From contig OZ024741.1 of the NCBI GenBank assembly GCA_964016885.1, positions 39,928,001-39,992,000 on the forward strand: a stretch of 64,000 bases of DNA, in the 5' to 3' direction. The notes under the pieces were generated by a model that made no database searches, was not told where the DNA came from, and was given only the letters and a program-made list of their open reading frames with translations. Every line of letters starts with the position of its first letter. Position 1 is the first letter of the stretch. Source of the DNA: Eledone cirrhosa (Eukaryota). Shown here one piece after another: positions 1-14,444 of this stretch. Position numbers and translations under genes: made by a program.

Positions 1-339
1 GCCTATGTTAGCTATGCTACAGAATCCCCATCCTACCTGATTCATATCGGGTGGGTAGCGATATAATAACAATTTGTTGACTGCCAAGACATAAGAGTGG
101 TGGGTCACCTAACCAGTGGAAGGCAACCCTTCCACAAAAAGCGGAGTAACAGTCTTTCCAATGTGGTTATACGAGGACTTGGACATGGTGCGATGGTCCA
201 GAGCCCCATGACATGGGTTTGCCTCTCTCGGTGCTGGGCCGCAAGTCTACTGATTTCTCCGGGTTGACATTGTTCCTGCTACCACCTTTCGTTTCGTGGT
301 TTAAAACTATTCAGGGACAGAAAAGATGAGAAAGGACAT

Positions 340-560
340 CCTTGGCGGACCAAGCGCTTGATACGAAACGATACCGAGAGATGGCTGTTTCCTTACAGAA
401 TTGGGAATTTTCCCGTTCTGCAGCCATTCGCGGAGGATGCCAGTCAAAATGTTGCTGAACAAATCTGGCATATAATAGTACGTCGAGAAGACCAGCCAAA
501 CTGGAGGATCTGCGTCTCACGCAATCACTCATCGTATTCTCTATCTTAGCTGCCGTTATC
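340..560 (+). pseudogene. Highly degenerate RTE-clade RT C-terminal fragment (tentative)
   Basis: Translations LIRNDTERW and ELGIFPFCSHSRRM loosely resemble RTE LLYGCETW / LEVFDNxCLRRI; frameshifted. Confidence 0.3.
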
Positions 561-604
561 CGACTTTCACAGCGTCTAGCAGCTCCGACTCCAACTCGCA
601 ATAA

Positions 605-795
605 TAATAATTGTTTCTACTTTTGGCACAAAGCCAGCAATTATCCCAGTGTATTACTGGTACTTTATTTTATCGACCCCGTAAGGATGAAAGGCAAAGT
701 TAATCTCGGCGGGATTTGAACTTAGACTGTAAAGGGACGTAACTATGCTGGAAAGCATGGGGTCCGACCCTCTGCCAATACTGCCAATCTACCTA
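605..795 (-). mobile_element. tRNA-derived SINE with MetaSINE/MESC-like core (family S)
   Basis: Reverse complement of the recurring consensus TGGCAGTATCGG (A box)...GTTCAAATCCCGCCGAGGTTAACTTTGCCTTTCATCCTTACGGGGTCGATAAAATAAAGTACCAG...GGCCTTGTGCCAAAAGTAGAAACAATTATT; a degenerate copy follows at about 1065-1245. Confidence 0.85.
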
Positions 796-799
796 ATAA

Positions 800-1000
800 T
801 AATTTCTTTTATTTGTCACAAGGGCGCTGAACGTAGAGAACATTGAAAAGATAATATGCCGCTTAACATGAAATGTTAGTGTGGAAAAAAGGAGTATACA
901 TAGTATACATGACGATGATAATTCTCTTGATGCTGGAGAATGTCCAAATAGAGACGTTAACTGGATCCGTCCGAGATGTGACGGCTTACGGTAATTCCGT
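800..1000 (-). mobile_element. Old Tx1-like LINE 3'-end remnant
   Basis: TTTCTTTTATTTGTCACAAGGGC resembles the 3' termini of the Tx1 copies at 32140 and 35240. Confidence 0.4.
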
Positions 1001-1660
1001 CTATGTAGAGTTTATTTGGAATAGACAATGCGCACCAACGGGAGCACTAACAAGCCACATCATTGCATCTACTTTTGGCATTAGGCCACCAATTTGAAGG
1101 GAAATAGAATGTCAATTAAATTAACCTTAGTGTATTACTGGTACTATATGTTATTGATCGCAAAGCTAACGACGTGACGTAAAGAGCTGGAATAACCTTA
1201 AATTATTTCCCCTGACGTTCTAATTATTCCATCAATCCCCACCCTAAACGACAACAAAAACAACAATAATAATAATCATTCTCAGCATTATCGTCTTTAA
1301 TATGGCTCTTCTTCTTCTTCTTCTTCTCCCTGTGTTCCTTTGGCCTGGGTGTCAGGAAGTCTAGTACTGTCCATTGTGTCCTACCAAAGCCTGCATTCCC
1401 TTAGCCATTCGAAGACAAAAGACGTCTATAGGTTCTTAATCTCTTGCCAGCCGTTTCATTTAAATCCTGGTTTATAATTTCAAACCACAATATTTTCCCA
1501 CTAGACGTCATGTGTGTCTCTTCATGTCGCTGCTAGCATTGTCTAAATATATTTGTACTTATTTAAAAGTCTTTTGTGTGTTCTGTTTGTATTGTGTGAA
1601 TGTCTTGTGGTGTATCTGTGTGCGTGAGTATGTGTGTCTGTTTGTGTGTTTGTCCGTATA

Positions 1661-1664
<4 letters not shown>

Positions 1665-1691
<27 letters not shown>

Positions 1692-1702
1692 GCGTGTGTC
1701 TG

Positions 1703-1757
<55 letters not shown>

Positions 1758-1862
1758 ATGTATATATATATATAAATAAATAAATATATATATATTCATT
1801 TATTTGTATATATATTTATAAATACATATATAAAAAAAAGTATACATACGTACATATAAATG

Positions 1863-1939
<77 letters not shown>

Positions 1940-2001
1940 TTCTATACACATATATATCGATATGTACACGTATACGAAGATATCTAAATATACATGTATG
2001 C

Positions 2002-2038
<37 letters not shown>

Positions 2039-2125
2039 AGTGTGTGTGTGTGTGTGCCCCTTGTCTGTGTATTTGTCAATGTCTATGTTTGTATATCTGT
2101 GTACGTATCTGTATGTGTGTGTAGT
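1665..2125. repeat. (TA)n/(TG)n microsatellite block, representative of dozens across the window
   Basis: Seen directly; similar tracts at 4353-4590, 6125-6195, 6415-6570, 13515-14070, 27035-27185, 57700-58312 and many more. Confidence 0.98.
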
Positions 2126-2255
2126 GGAGTGTGTTTGTTAGTATGATTCTGTATGGTGTTTCAATATATGAGGGAGGCAATATGTCTGTAGCAGACTGCA
2201 ATAGTTTGCTATAGTGTGTCAACAACTATGTAACCACAACATTTGTTGTTGCACC

Positions 2256-2348
<93 letters not shown>

Positions 2349-2376
2349 TGTGGTGGTAGTAGTTGCGGTGGTGATG

Positions 2377-2423
<47 letters not shown>

Positions 2424-2455
2424 GGTGGTGGTGGTGGTAGTGGTAGTAGTAGTAA

Positions 2456-2522
<67 letters not shown>

Positions 2523-2526
2523 GGTG

Positions 2527-2576
<50 letters not shown>

Positions 2577-2595
2577 GGTGGTGGTGGTGGTGGTA
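2256..2595. repeat. (AGT)n/(GGT)n trinucleotide microsatellite
   Basis: Seen directly; explains the poly-S/T/V ORFs. Confidence 0.97.
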
Positions 2596-2831
2596 ATGTT
2601 CAAAGTAGTGATGTCTGGCTGTCTGTTTAAGAACTTTTTTTTATTACTGTACCCTGGCCCTATGTTAACCCTTTAGCAAATAAACCGGCCGCATCCGGCC
2701 AGAATTCTCTTCCCTCTTTCTGTTCAAACCAACCATAACCAACCGTTCTTACTGTTAAGGTATTGTTTTCAAAATAAATAACATCAAAATCTTATAGATT
2801 GGATATTATGTGAGATTATTATGTAAAGTAA

Positions 2832-3066
2832 AGGGTGGTGGATTGGCAGTATCAGTGGAGGGTCGGACGCCATGCTAGGGCGGTGGATTGGCAGTATCGG
2901 TGGAGGGTCGGACGCCATGCTTTCCACCATAGTTACGTCGCTTTATGATCTCAGTTCAAATCCCGTCGAGGTTGACTTTGCCTTTCATCCTTACGGGGTC
3001 GATAAAATAAAGTATCAGTAATGCACTGGGTAATTGATGGCCTTGTGCCTAAAATAGAAACAATTA
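2832..3066 (+). mobile_element. Family S SINE with tandemly duplicated tRNA head
   Basis: GGTGGATTGGCAGTATC...GGTCGGACGCCATGCT occurs twice, then B box GTTCAAATC and core. Confidence 0.85.
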
Positions 3067-3231
3067 TGTAAAGTAAAGCCTTTATCGTGAAAATATAATA
3101 GTATATATAGAGTAATATAAATGTTAAAGGGCTAACCAATATTCTAGATAGATGAACATGCTGCACGACCCCTTCTCTTCGCATTCGTTTTCACTGTTTT
3201 TCTTGTTGACATACACACACATACACGCACG

Positions 3232-3321
<90 letters not shown>

Positions 3322-3350
3322 TATATATATATATATATGTATATATATAT

Positions 3351-3568
3351 TATAGATAACAAGGAATCAGTGATGCATCAAATCACAATTTATTAACATA
3401 TTACATATGTTTCTCCGACGATCAGCTCAAGGCAGGGTCTATTATAGATCGAACCTGATTCTGCATTCGATCTAAAATAGATCCTGCCTTGAGGTGTTCG
3501 TCGGAGAAACATATGTAATATGTTAATAAATTGTGTTTTAATGCATCACTGATTCCTCGTTATCTATA
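3351..3568. repeat. Fold-back palindrome (about 100-bp arms), PLE 3'-end-like
   Basis: TATAGATAACAAGGAATCAGTGATGCAT... is the near reverse complement of ...ATGCATCACTGATTCCTCGTTATCTATA; a related single arm lies at about 50120-50235. Confidence 0.92.
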
Positions 3569-3667
3569 AATATATACTCTGCTCCGTGTGAGCATCTAGT
3601 ACTCATACGGCATACCACCTACAGACGCATTTATTGCAACCGTACAACAACTATACACACACACACA

Positions 3668-3716
<49 letters not shown>

Positions 3717-3977
3717 ACACAGACACACACACATATATATATATAGTATTCAATTATTTGGTTTATATAAAAACTATAAATATATAATAGCTCTGCATGA
3801 CCCTCATTGCATTGAGCCAAATAACACCCTGTAAATCAGTATACTTACTCTTATTAATATTATCATATATATGTATATATGGTAAAGTATCTGTTAGTTA
3901 ATCACCGACACTATTACATGCAGGATAGAGCAAGTAATGACGTATAGATGTTGGTATGTTTACCCCGGTGTATAGTT

Positions 3978-4172
3978 ATAATAATTGTTTCTACATTTGG
4001 CACAAGGTCAGCAATTACCCCAGTACATTACTGATACTTATTTTATCGAAACTCGTAAGGATGAAAGGAAAATTAACCGCGGGGGGATTTGAAATCATAA
4101 AGCATAAAGGAGCGTAATTCTATGCTACAAAGCATAGAGTCCGACCCTCTAGCGATACTGCCTGCAATTCAA
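3978..4172 (-). mobile_element. Family S SINE
   Basis: Reverse complement of the SINE consensus. Confidence 0.85.
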
Positions 4173-4184
4173 CAAGTTAGAATT

Positions 4185-4353
4185 TCGACAGCTAACAGCT
4201 AAATCCGAACGCGCTCGAATCCAGTTTTCGAAACGGCCAGAGCTCAGCCGACGGAGTCCTGATTCTTTTCCTATTACCCAGTCGACTACCCTAAGTATCG
4301 AGTACTCTGATGCGTTATGGTCCACATGGTTCCTTACCACACTTTCTTTGTTA
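4185..4353 (+). mobile_element. Non-coding repeat family Q (PLE pLTR-like 3' end)
   Basis: GAAACGGCC..AGCTCAGCCG...GCGTTATGGTCCACATGGTTCCTTACCAC...(TA)n; other copies at 22361-22436, 25561-25643, 42968-43142, 48931-49036. Confidence 0.75.
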
Positions 4354-4377
4354 TATATATATATAGATACTTACATA

Positions 4378-4450
<73 letters not shown>

Positions 4451-4498
4451 GTTACATACTTACTTATATATATATATATATATATATAAGTATGTAAC

Positions 4499-4564
<66 letters not shown>

Positions 4565-5736
4565 ACACGCCCTACATATATATATATATATGAACATGAA
4601 GACTGAGCTTATATTTGGAGATATGTCGTGAACTGCGCAGACGGATATTTTTACATTAGACTATTAGAATGAAGCAACTCCTCTCTGTTTTGGCTAGTGT
4701 GTATTAATATTTGAATATGAATGAAGGCGGTAATTCACATATTTCCGCTATTCTGATATGTGAATGAAGATCAGAACGTTCGCGAACTGTACTTCTGGCA
4801 TTCTTTACGTGCAATGTAATAAACTGCGTAAGCCAGTATATACATGGCAGATTAGCTGATAAGTGTTCATCCTTTGTTACTTGTTAGGACTGATTCCATG
4901 ACAGATATTTTTCCCTGATGGCCTAGAGTACACCAATCCACACATTCAATTCCTCCCATCGAATTAACTTTCAAGTTGCAACAGTGATTCTAAATCCAGT
5001 GCACTCCAGTCACTGGAGATAGGAAATGTCATTTGGTCACTTATTACTAGACATGTGTTGGGTAAAGTGTGATTAGTATCATCCTTTGAAACTGATTGGT
5101 TGATGAATGTATTACCTGTTGCGTTGCAGATTTCCGTACGAAGTAATGAAGTAATGAGTGGCTAAGAAGTTTGCTTCGCAACCATGAGGTCTTCGCAACC
5201 ATGAGGTCTTCTCCAGGCATGATATCTTAGACAAGTATTGATAACATTGTCTTGGGTGAAAACCGTACATGAAATTCAACGCTCCGGCCTCGTCATTGTA
5301 TATTTTGCCACGCCGATTCTACCAGAGGATTCCGTTAATGATACACGTGTTTGTGAAATACTCAGCTACTTGCACCATAATATACGATCAATTGTCCCTG
5401 TAATTCAAAGATCTAGTATTTTTCATGCAGATTCTGCTCGAGAATTACGTTAAGGAATCCTCAACCACTTACCTGTTAATATCACCTTAAAACTACTGAA
5501 TGCTAATCATTGTGACCGACGGAAAATCCGTCAACATCATCATCATCCTCATCATCATCATTGTCATCACCATCATCACCATCATCATCAGATAATAGGG
5601 CTAATCTGTCAAACATAGACTCATGAATGCAGATTTCATGCGGTTAGTAATGATACTGAAGTCACACCCCAGTGACTTGAAGCTGGAAATCTAGCAGAGA
5701 GAAAGAGGAAGAGAGTGGGAGATAGATACATAGAGA

Positions 5737-5851
<115 letters not shown>

Positions 5852-6111
5852 GTGATGGGATCCGGTGTCGATAGGATATTCCATTTTGATGTCTATTTGG
5901 CCATTAAGTGTCATTGACCCTGCCTTGTTTGCTGTCTGCCTTCCCACGAGAAGTGAGCATGCAAATGTCATCTCCACATAGTTGAAGAAGAATTAGTAAC
6001 AACAGCAGGTGAAGTGTTTTAACTTAGCTGATGACTGTATGAGAGCCCAATGGACTAGAGGTGATGTCTCTTAGTATATTGAGTCACACACCCACAGACC
6101 CCCCCTCCCCC

Positions 6112-6574
<463 letters not shown>

Positions 6575-6662
6575 GTAAAAAATAAACTGAAATAACAACA
6601 CAATCGGTACAGTATATGGAAGGAATATATTAGGTTAACGCTTGATATAGCAGGAAGAGGGC

Positions 6663-6696
6663 CTTAACGTTTCGGACGCTAGTCCTTCATCAGAAG
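6663..6696 (-). ncRNA. Minimal type I hammerhead ribozyme in repeat family H (6585-6790)
   Basis: ctt CTGATGA AGGAC tagc GTCC GAAAC GTT aag; family copies with the same motif at 46569-46601 and 56034-56068 (the last mutated). Confidence 0.85.
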
Positions 6697-6922
6697 AAAG
6701 AATGAGAAATAAGATAGATTGAGGGGACGGGCGAGTTGGAATTGGAAAGAATGTCTTTAGATAAAAATAATAGGTCCATTCATGTTGATATCTGTTGCAA
6801 AACTGTTGGTGCTGGCGTTTTGTGTATGATTTGTTTTTTAGAAAAGTGGATGATGGCGCGCGTCTACCTGAAATGGACAAGAAAGCGTTTTGTAAAAGAA
6901 CTATACTTGTCCACGTACGTAA

Positions 6923-6969
<47 letters not shown>

Positions 6970-6970
6970 C

Positions 6971-7044
<74 letters not shown>

Positions 7045-7477
7045 ATACGTCCGTACGAAGCTAAGAAGAAATGTGTGTGCATATATGAGTAAAAGAATGT
7101 GTGTACATGTAAGCATGTAAGTACGAATCTATGAGCAAAAGTATGTTAATATAAGGGTGTGTATGTGTGTATTCAGAGCAGTGAAGGGAAAAAGGGAGTG
7201 AACATATTTAGTCGGTCTGTATTAGTTGTAAGAGAAGATGTTAATTATCATAAGAGCGCAATAGGAATCTAGGGGTGAATGTACAAGCGCGTGTGCTAAT
7301 GGACAGGGTATTAAAGAAATTGGGGAGGTGAGGTGAGTTGAGTCTAAGAGGGGTGCCTGTCTATGCATATATAGAGATACATATATACGTAATATAATAA
7401 AACACAATACATATATATATATATAGAGAGAGAGAGAGAATTCACAAGAATCAAAGCTATGTTCAAAGCATTTATTC

Positions 7478-7522
7478 ACTTACAATTGTTTCATCCAAAC
7501 CTAGGATTGAGGTCTTCGGAGT
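7478..7522 (-). ncRNA. Hammerhead ribozyme motif (U4C variant) at a PLE 3' end
   Basis: act CCGAAGA ...GAAAC AATT GTA agt; palindromic stem III; AATAAA downstream; upstream 8040-8110 reads like a decayed GIY-YIG C-terminus. Confidence 0.7.
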
Positions 7523-8496
7523 ATTTTTCAATGCTTGTACATATAATTGACCTCCTATCCAACGCAAGAGACATACAGATACATATATATATATATTGAT
7601 GTACAGTGGAGTGACATATATTATACTATACTATATTTGTACAACAATTCAAATTTAAAATCAAAATTAAAATACATGCGGCAGATAACACAGATAATGA
7701 AAGGGGATAGTTCGATAATCAGATCTAGTAGATAGTGTATGCGTTAGTCATACATGGAGCATGCAAGTGTGTCTCATTTATATACGAGTATTGTGTGGCA
7801 AAATGTTACATGTAATGCAAGCACTTTAAGCGGGTAAGCAAGAGTATTATGGTAGTTGTAGTGGTAGGGTATTTTTTGTATAGATCAAAAAAGTATGTGT
7901 GTAGAAAAAGAAAAAGAAAAAGAAAGTTATAGTTTTCTCATCCGCCACCATTTTCACATTCAGAAAAAGGAAGTTATAGTTTTTACATCCATCACATATG
8001 TTACGTGAATTCGTATTGAATGTTTGATGTAGTAAATGATTGTAACGTATTGAGGCTCAGTGTTATTTAATCCATATTTATAGAATAGGTTCTTTCTGCT
8101 GCGAGAATTTACAGTGGTTTATTATCCGGAAGTAGGTGTGTAATTAAGGGTTACTGCGTAAGGGGAGGTAACTAGCTGATTCTCATAACTAAATTCATTG
8201 TTATAACATACATTATATGGTGCCTCAATTGAGTCCCTTATATAAAAGGTTATATATTTATATTTAATTTTAAATACAGTCTACTCTATCATAATGTATT
8301 AAAGGTATCTATAGGAAGTGGATTACTCCCTATTATATAGCGCTATAATTGCTCTGTAGAACAACTGATGTTCTTACATTGAGGTATTTATCTTACTGGT
8401 AATAAGGTAGTAATAAATTACTGACCTTCCTGTTTATAGTTTAAAATATACATAACTATAAAAAGTTTAAAATATACATAACTATAAATAGTATCC

Positions 8497-8537
<41 letters not shown>

Positions 8538-8578
8538 CAACATAAATAACAATCAAATTGTGTTTGAGGCATTTCATT

Positions 8579-8623
8579 GCTTACGATCGTTTCATCCAGA
8601 TATGAGTCTGGTCTCATTGGAGC
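8579..8623 (-). ncRNA. Hammerhead ribozyme motif, core mutated
   Basis: gct CCAATGA ga CCAGA ctcata TCTGG at GAAAC GATC GTA agc; stems I, II and III all pair. Confidence 0.7.
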
Positions 8624-9494
8624 ATATAAAAGGTTAAAACAAATATATTCCTAATCATTAGGATATCTAATAGGATACATTTTATGTGAGAAGGCTAATT
8701 GTAAGTGTTAATCGCAATACATTAAAGAGCAAGAGCAAAAGAATATTATAAGGAAATATTATATGAAAAAATAGTAATGAAATATTATAATTAAAATTTG
8801 TGTTAAAGCTTTAAATATAAGTATTATGAGGTATATGTTATATATAAGGATTATTACTTATATAAAAAATCATAACAAAAATATTATAGCAACAATATCA
8901 TATCAAAAATATTAATAATAGTAGAGTACATGCAAAATAAGTAAAAAAATTGTGTAGTAAGAGCACACATGTAAGTATTAAAAATTATAAATATCATAAG
9001 AAATATTGATTTTAGGCAAAAGGCTTTATAATGTTAATCATAATATTCATGCATCAGAATGTATTAGACATAGGTATAGAATTTTACAGTTCGAACAGAT
9101 ACAGTAAAAAAAACATATAATATAAACATATAAAGATCGTAAACTCCATATTATTGGATTATATATGGAGTATATGAAGCGAATACATGCCGAGTAGATA
9201 TAGGCGCAGGCTAACCTGGTTTGATATTCTTCTTCAAAAAAGATTTTCTTTTAGATATATCGCTCGTGTTAGCAGTGAAAAGCTGTGAAAAATCAAAGAA
9301 AACGGTCTTTTGATTTTTTGCTTTTAAATATTTTCATTTTGATCATTTTGGAGGGGGGGGGGGGGGGCAAAAATTACACACATTTATCTTTGCCCCATTA
9401 CTTTACTGATTTACTTTACTCCAATCAACAATATTTTCATATATCACGAGTTTTACAAAGTATTTGTGGTAACAGTTTTAGTTCACACAAATAT

Positions 9495-10010
<516 letters not shown>

Positions 10011-10562
10011 TCATAAAAATGTTATAAGTGTTGAAAGTAGTAAATTAAGCCATTTGAGGTTGAGAGATCATTCTTAATAATTTAAGCAGAAATGTGGTTA
10101 ACCGAGTTACCTTATTAGAAGAATAGATGAAAAATTGTTTGTGACTTTCCGTGAGTTTATAGTCGAGAGTCCAACCTAATATCATTAATATTATTATAAA
10201 CAGGAAAATATATATTTCAACATTTTAAGAAATTAAGATTAAATAATATTCAATTAAATCCACTCCGATTTTCAATTCTTATTGTGTTGAGCGGAGATTT
10301 CCCATATAAACTTATAGCTTTTAACCCGAGCACATATTACGGATCAAGAATGATGTCATGTTGAGACATTTCATGGTTTCTTATTGATTTGAAATAGATA
10401 GATTTAAAACTACGGGTACGTAGATATGTACGTATGTATGCAAGCATATAGAGGTACATATATATACACGCATGCATGCATGTATATATGAATGTGTATA
10501 TATATATATATATTTATATACATGTATATAAATGGATATATATATATATACAAATATATATA

Positions 10563-10623
<61 letters not shown>

Positions 10624-10639
10624 ATATATGTAAGTATGT

Positions 10640-11291
10640 ATACGTACATACATATATGTATACAGACGTACATTAGTATGTATATACATACATACATGAC
10701 ACATATATATATATATGTACGTATGGGTTTACCGAACATTTATTATAATGCTCGGTTTATTTGTAAACAAACAGCCCGAATTATCAGCTGTACAGTGTTC
10801 GGCAACCATCGTTGCCCTTTTGTTCAACACTGACAAAGGAACGATGAACTAGTTTCTAGCTTATTAGCTGTCATCAGCACCGTATACCTTCCTGTCAGTT
10901 GATTGAACGTTTGAAAGTATATACTTTCCTTATGCATATTAACGGCTGAGCAGCCTAATTTGCATATCCAGTGTGTTAGTCGGCCGGGCGTACAGAAAAC
11001 GATAAATGGAAAAAATGAAATTTCATTTCTCACTCTTAGTACGGCTGATACTTAAATGTAAGTATGTATACCTACATACATACATGTATACATACATACA
11101 TTAGTATGTATATACATACATACATGCACACATATATATATGTACCAATGCGTTTACCAAACATCTACTATAATGCTCGGTTCGTTTGTAAACAAACAGC
11201 CTGAATTATTAGCCGTACAGTGTACGGCAACCATCGTTGCCCTTTTGTTCAACACTGACAAAGGAACGATGAACTAGTTTCTAGCTTATTA
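10640..11291 (-). mobile_element. Non-coding HHR-containing tandem repeat, family M (retrozyme-like), locus 1
   Basis: 425-bp direct repeat (10846 vs 11271), about 1.5 units; HHR at 10842-10882. Confidence 0.85.
10842..10882 (-). ncRNA. Type I hammerhead ribozyme (family M)
   Basis: cggtg CTGATGA c AGCT aata AGCT a GAAAC TA GTT catcg. Confidence 0.85.
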
Positions 11292-11944
11292 ACGAATCTA
11301 CGAGAGAGTGGTTAAGCATTCCACAGACCCATAACATAATTCCCACGTAGAATACGCATAACACTATAACTGACAAGACTGGTCCTTTGAATTAGAGCTA
11401 CAATCCACTCAACGGTCTTCCATATAGTTACATCAACTCAGTTTCACACACAAGGAATTATATTGATTTCTTACATAAATGCAATCTTTGTACACCCATC
11501 CCACGCATCACAGGACAGGTCGCAGGCCCATCGCTAGTTTTTACGGCATAAAATGGAGACCGAAATATATATTTTTTCGAACAGGCCGCTCTACATGTTG
11601 ACCCTCTACATGTTGACCTATCCCTTATTAACCTGCACGAAGGACGATGAAGTATGTTTGTTTTTCTTACCTACACAATGCTCTTATTGGCGCCACTCAC
11701 CAATCTGTTACTTTCTCAAAACCGCGAAGTCTATGCTTTTTTGAGAGGCGGCATTTACTCTGCTCATCATAGCTACGTTACTGGGTTGTAAGAGTTTTCT
11801 TGGGAGCTACAGAAGTCAGCTATTGCTCCATCTCCCCTAGTATTCACAGCTGTTGATCCGGCGTTGCTTATTCGTCCGGCAGGAGTCCGCTTATATCGCA
11901 ACTAACCGTCATATCTGGTGGTCGTATCAATATCCACCAACAGT

Positions 11945-12243
11945 GACCCGAACAATCGTATGGATCAGTTTCAAATGGATTATCGATCGTGTAAATATAA
12001 AATGCATAGTCAACTCCGGCGGAATTAAAAATCCGAACATAAAGAGACATTATTACGTATGGCAGTATCGGAAGAGGGTCAGACGCCATGCCTTGCAGCA
12101 TATAGTTACGGCCCTTTAAGATCTGAGTTCAAACCCCGCTGAGGTTAACTTTGCCTTTCGTCCTTACGGGGTAGATAAAATAAAGTACCAGTAATACACT
12201 GGGATAATTGCTGGTCTTGTGCCAATGGTAGAAACAATTATTA
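11945..12243. mobile_element. Two oppositely oriented family S SINEs
   Basis: Degenerate minus copy at about 11945-12050; well-conserved plus copy at 12058-12243. Confidence 0.8.
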
Positions 12244-12379
12244 CGTAACGCAGGATATAGTTCTTTACTCTAGCGGATGATTTATTTCATATTTATGTTC
12301 TGCTTAGTCAGAAAGGAATGGCAGTACTTATGACCCTTTTAGGGTTTTCTGATATTGGCGAAAAGGCTGGAAGTAATCC

Positions 12380-12760
12380 TCAATCCATTGCAAGAAAGTG
12401 GATTCCTTTAAAGGCAGCCAAAGGCCAGGTGGTGGTGTTATACTGGGTAATGGAAAACATCTACCACTGAAGTAGGCTACGATAATGAACTAAACTTAGA
12501 AGGTGGAGAGCGGGTAAAAGTACTCGGCAATACCTTTCACGACTGGTTAAGTGACACCACTGACTATTTTACTATATAGAACTCTTTAGTGTGTGATGGC
12601 CTATAGTTTCTGGATCTATTGAAGTATTGAAGGGACTTTATCGATGAGGCACCATGTTATTAAAATACATTCATGTTACAACCTTTCCATATGAATGGGA
12701 CAAGATTTCAGTTATATAAATATTGTCAATAACAGGGGCTTCAAGTACAAGACCTTTCAT
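12380..12760 (+). pseudogene. Possible decayed Tc1-like transposase fragment
   Basis: GGCCAGGTGGTGGTGTTATACTGGG resembles xGGGGVMxW; no continuous frame. Confidence 0.25.
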
Positions 12761-13516
12761 AACTATACTGTGACATTATGTCTGATTTAAGTCACCGCCT
12801 AATATCTTTAATCAAGAATTCAGAAGGATTTTGTAATAAAAGTAAATATCTCATTAAGTCTGTGTTTTTAGGCCGATAAATTGATATAATTGTTGGAATG
12901 TTGGGAAAAATACTTCAAAGTTCCTGGGCCATTTCTTTCTGAGTTTAAACGTTTCCTTTCTTCCTTCCGAGATAGAGAAAAGGAAATCCCAGTCAAGTAC
13001 TGAGATTGATATAATCGACTTTCTTCTGCCTTAATATTGCTGGACTGATGCTTAAATTATGAACCAGTATTAACTAGGTAATTGAAACATAACTTAATAC
13101 AAGTTCATACATAAAATTATGATGAACTGTTTTTAGATAAACATAAACATTTTAACAACAAGCACATTTGTATCCTAGAATCTAAGGGCGTTTCCGGAGA
13201 TTTAGTATCAGAGGGGTTAAACACGTGTCCTTGTGCCTTAGAAATCAATATCTTGTAAGACGATGCCATTCACTTGATCATTAGTTATCACGGGATATAT
13301 TTACGCCCTAGCAAATGTTTCTTAGATGCGGGGGTGTATTGACAGCATTTGTTTTCAAGCCGGCGTTCTGGTTTGTGAATGTAAAAGATTTATTATCATA
13401 ATCATTGTTAGTATTATTATTTTCATTTATTCATTCTTAACTTTTGGTGTGGGTATACTCATATATACTCGTATATCATGACAGTCTCTTATTGTTTGCG
13501 CTTACAGTCGAGAATA

Positions 13517-13558
<42 letters not shown>

Positions 13559-13954
13559 TGTGTGTGTATGTGTATGTGTATGTATGTATATATGTATATA
13601 TGTATATGTATATATGTATATGTATTTGTATATATATATATATATATATACATATATACATATATATGTATATATATATGCATGTATATATGTATATATA
13701 CACAAACACACAAACACACACACACACACATATATATGTGTATATATATATATATACGGATATATGTATTTATGCACACACACATGCATGCAAATATATA
13801 CATATATATATATATGTGTATATATATGCGCGTATATATCTATATATACACAAACACACAAGACACACACACATATATATATGTATATATATATATACGT
13901 ATATATGTATTTACGCACACACACATGCATGTTTAATATATATATATATTTATA

Positions 13955-13998
<44 letters not shown>

Positions 13999-14387
13999 CA
14001 TACATACATGTAAATTTATATTTACATATATATATATACATACATATTTACATGTATATATACATGCAGACAGAATAACACATACATATGGTGGTGGTGT
14101 TTGTTGTTTATGTAAGAGGAGGTGTGACTAGTTTATATGGAAAGGCAATTTCTGTATTTCTCTTTCACATTTTATACCTTTGATAATTTGAGGGAAATCT
14201 TAGAGTTTTTTTTTTTCTCCAGGGTCTGTCTATTTAAATTACATTTGAATATGTTTAATAGTGTATCAATGAGACCACACCCCTAAGCAGATGGCTAAAT
14301 GAGATTTAAATGTATGTATACATGTATATGTGTATGTGTGAGTGTGTGTGTGTGCATAATCACACACGCATACTTACACACACGCAC

Positions 14388-14444
<57 letters not shown>

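Noticed and set aside
100-260. Hairpin GTGGAAGG/CCTTCCAC as part of an HDV-like ribozyme in a LINE 5' UTR
   Set aside because: Could not build the nested double pseudoknot by eye
2214-2676. Poly-Ser/Thr/Val ORFs, and all YI/CV/HT/ER/LS ORFs elsewhere
   Set aside because: Translations of microsatellites
2664-2836. piggyBac-like MITE (TTAA|CCCTTTAGC...TAAAGGG)
   Set aside because: The right end overlaps a SINE head and lacks TTAA; the TIR is too short to support
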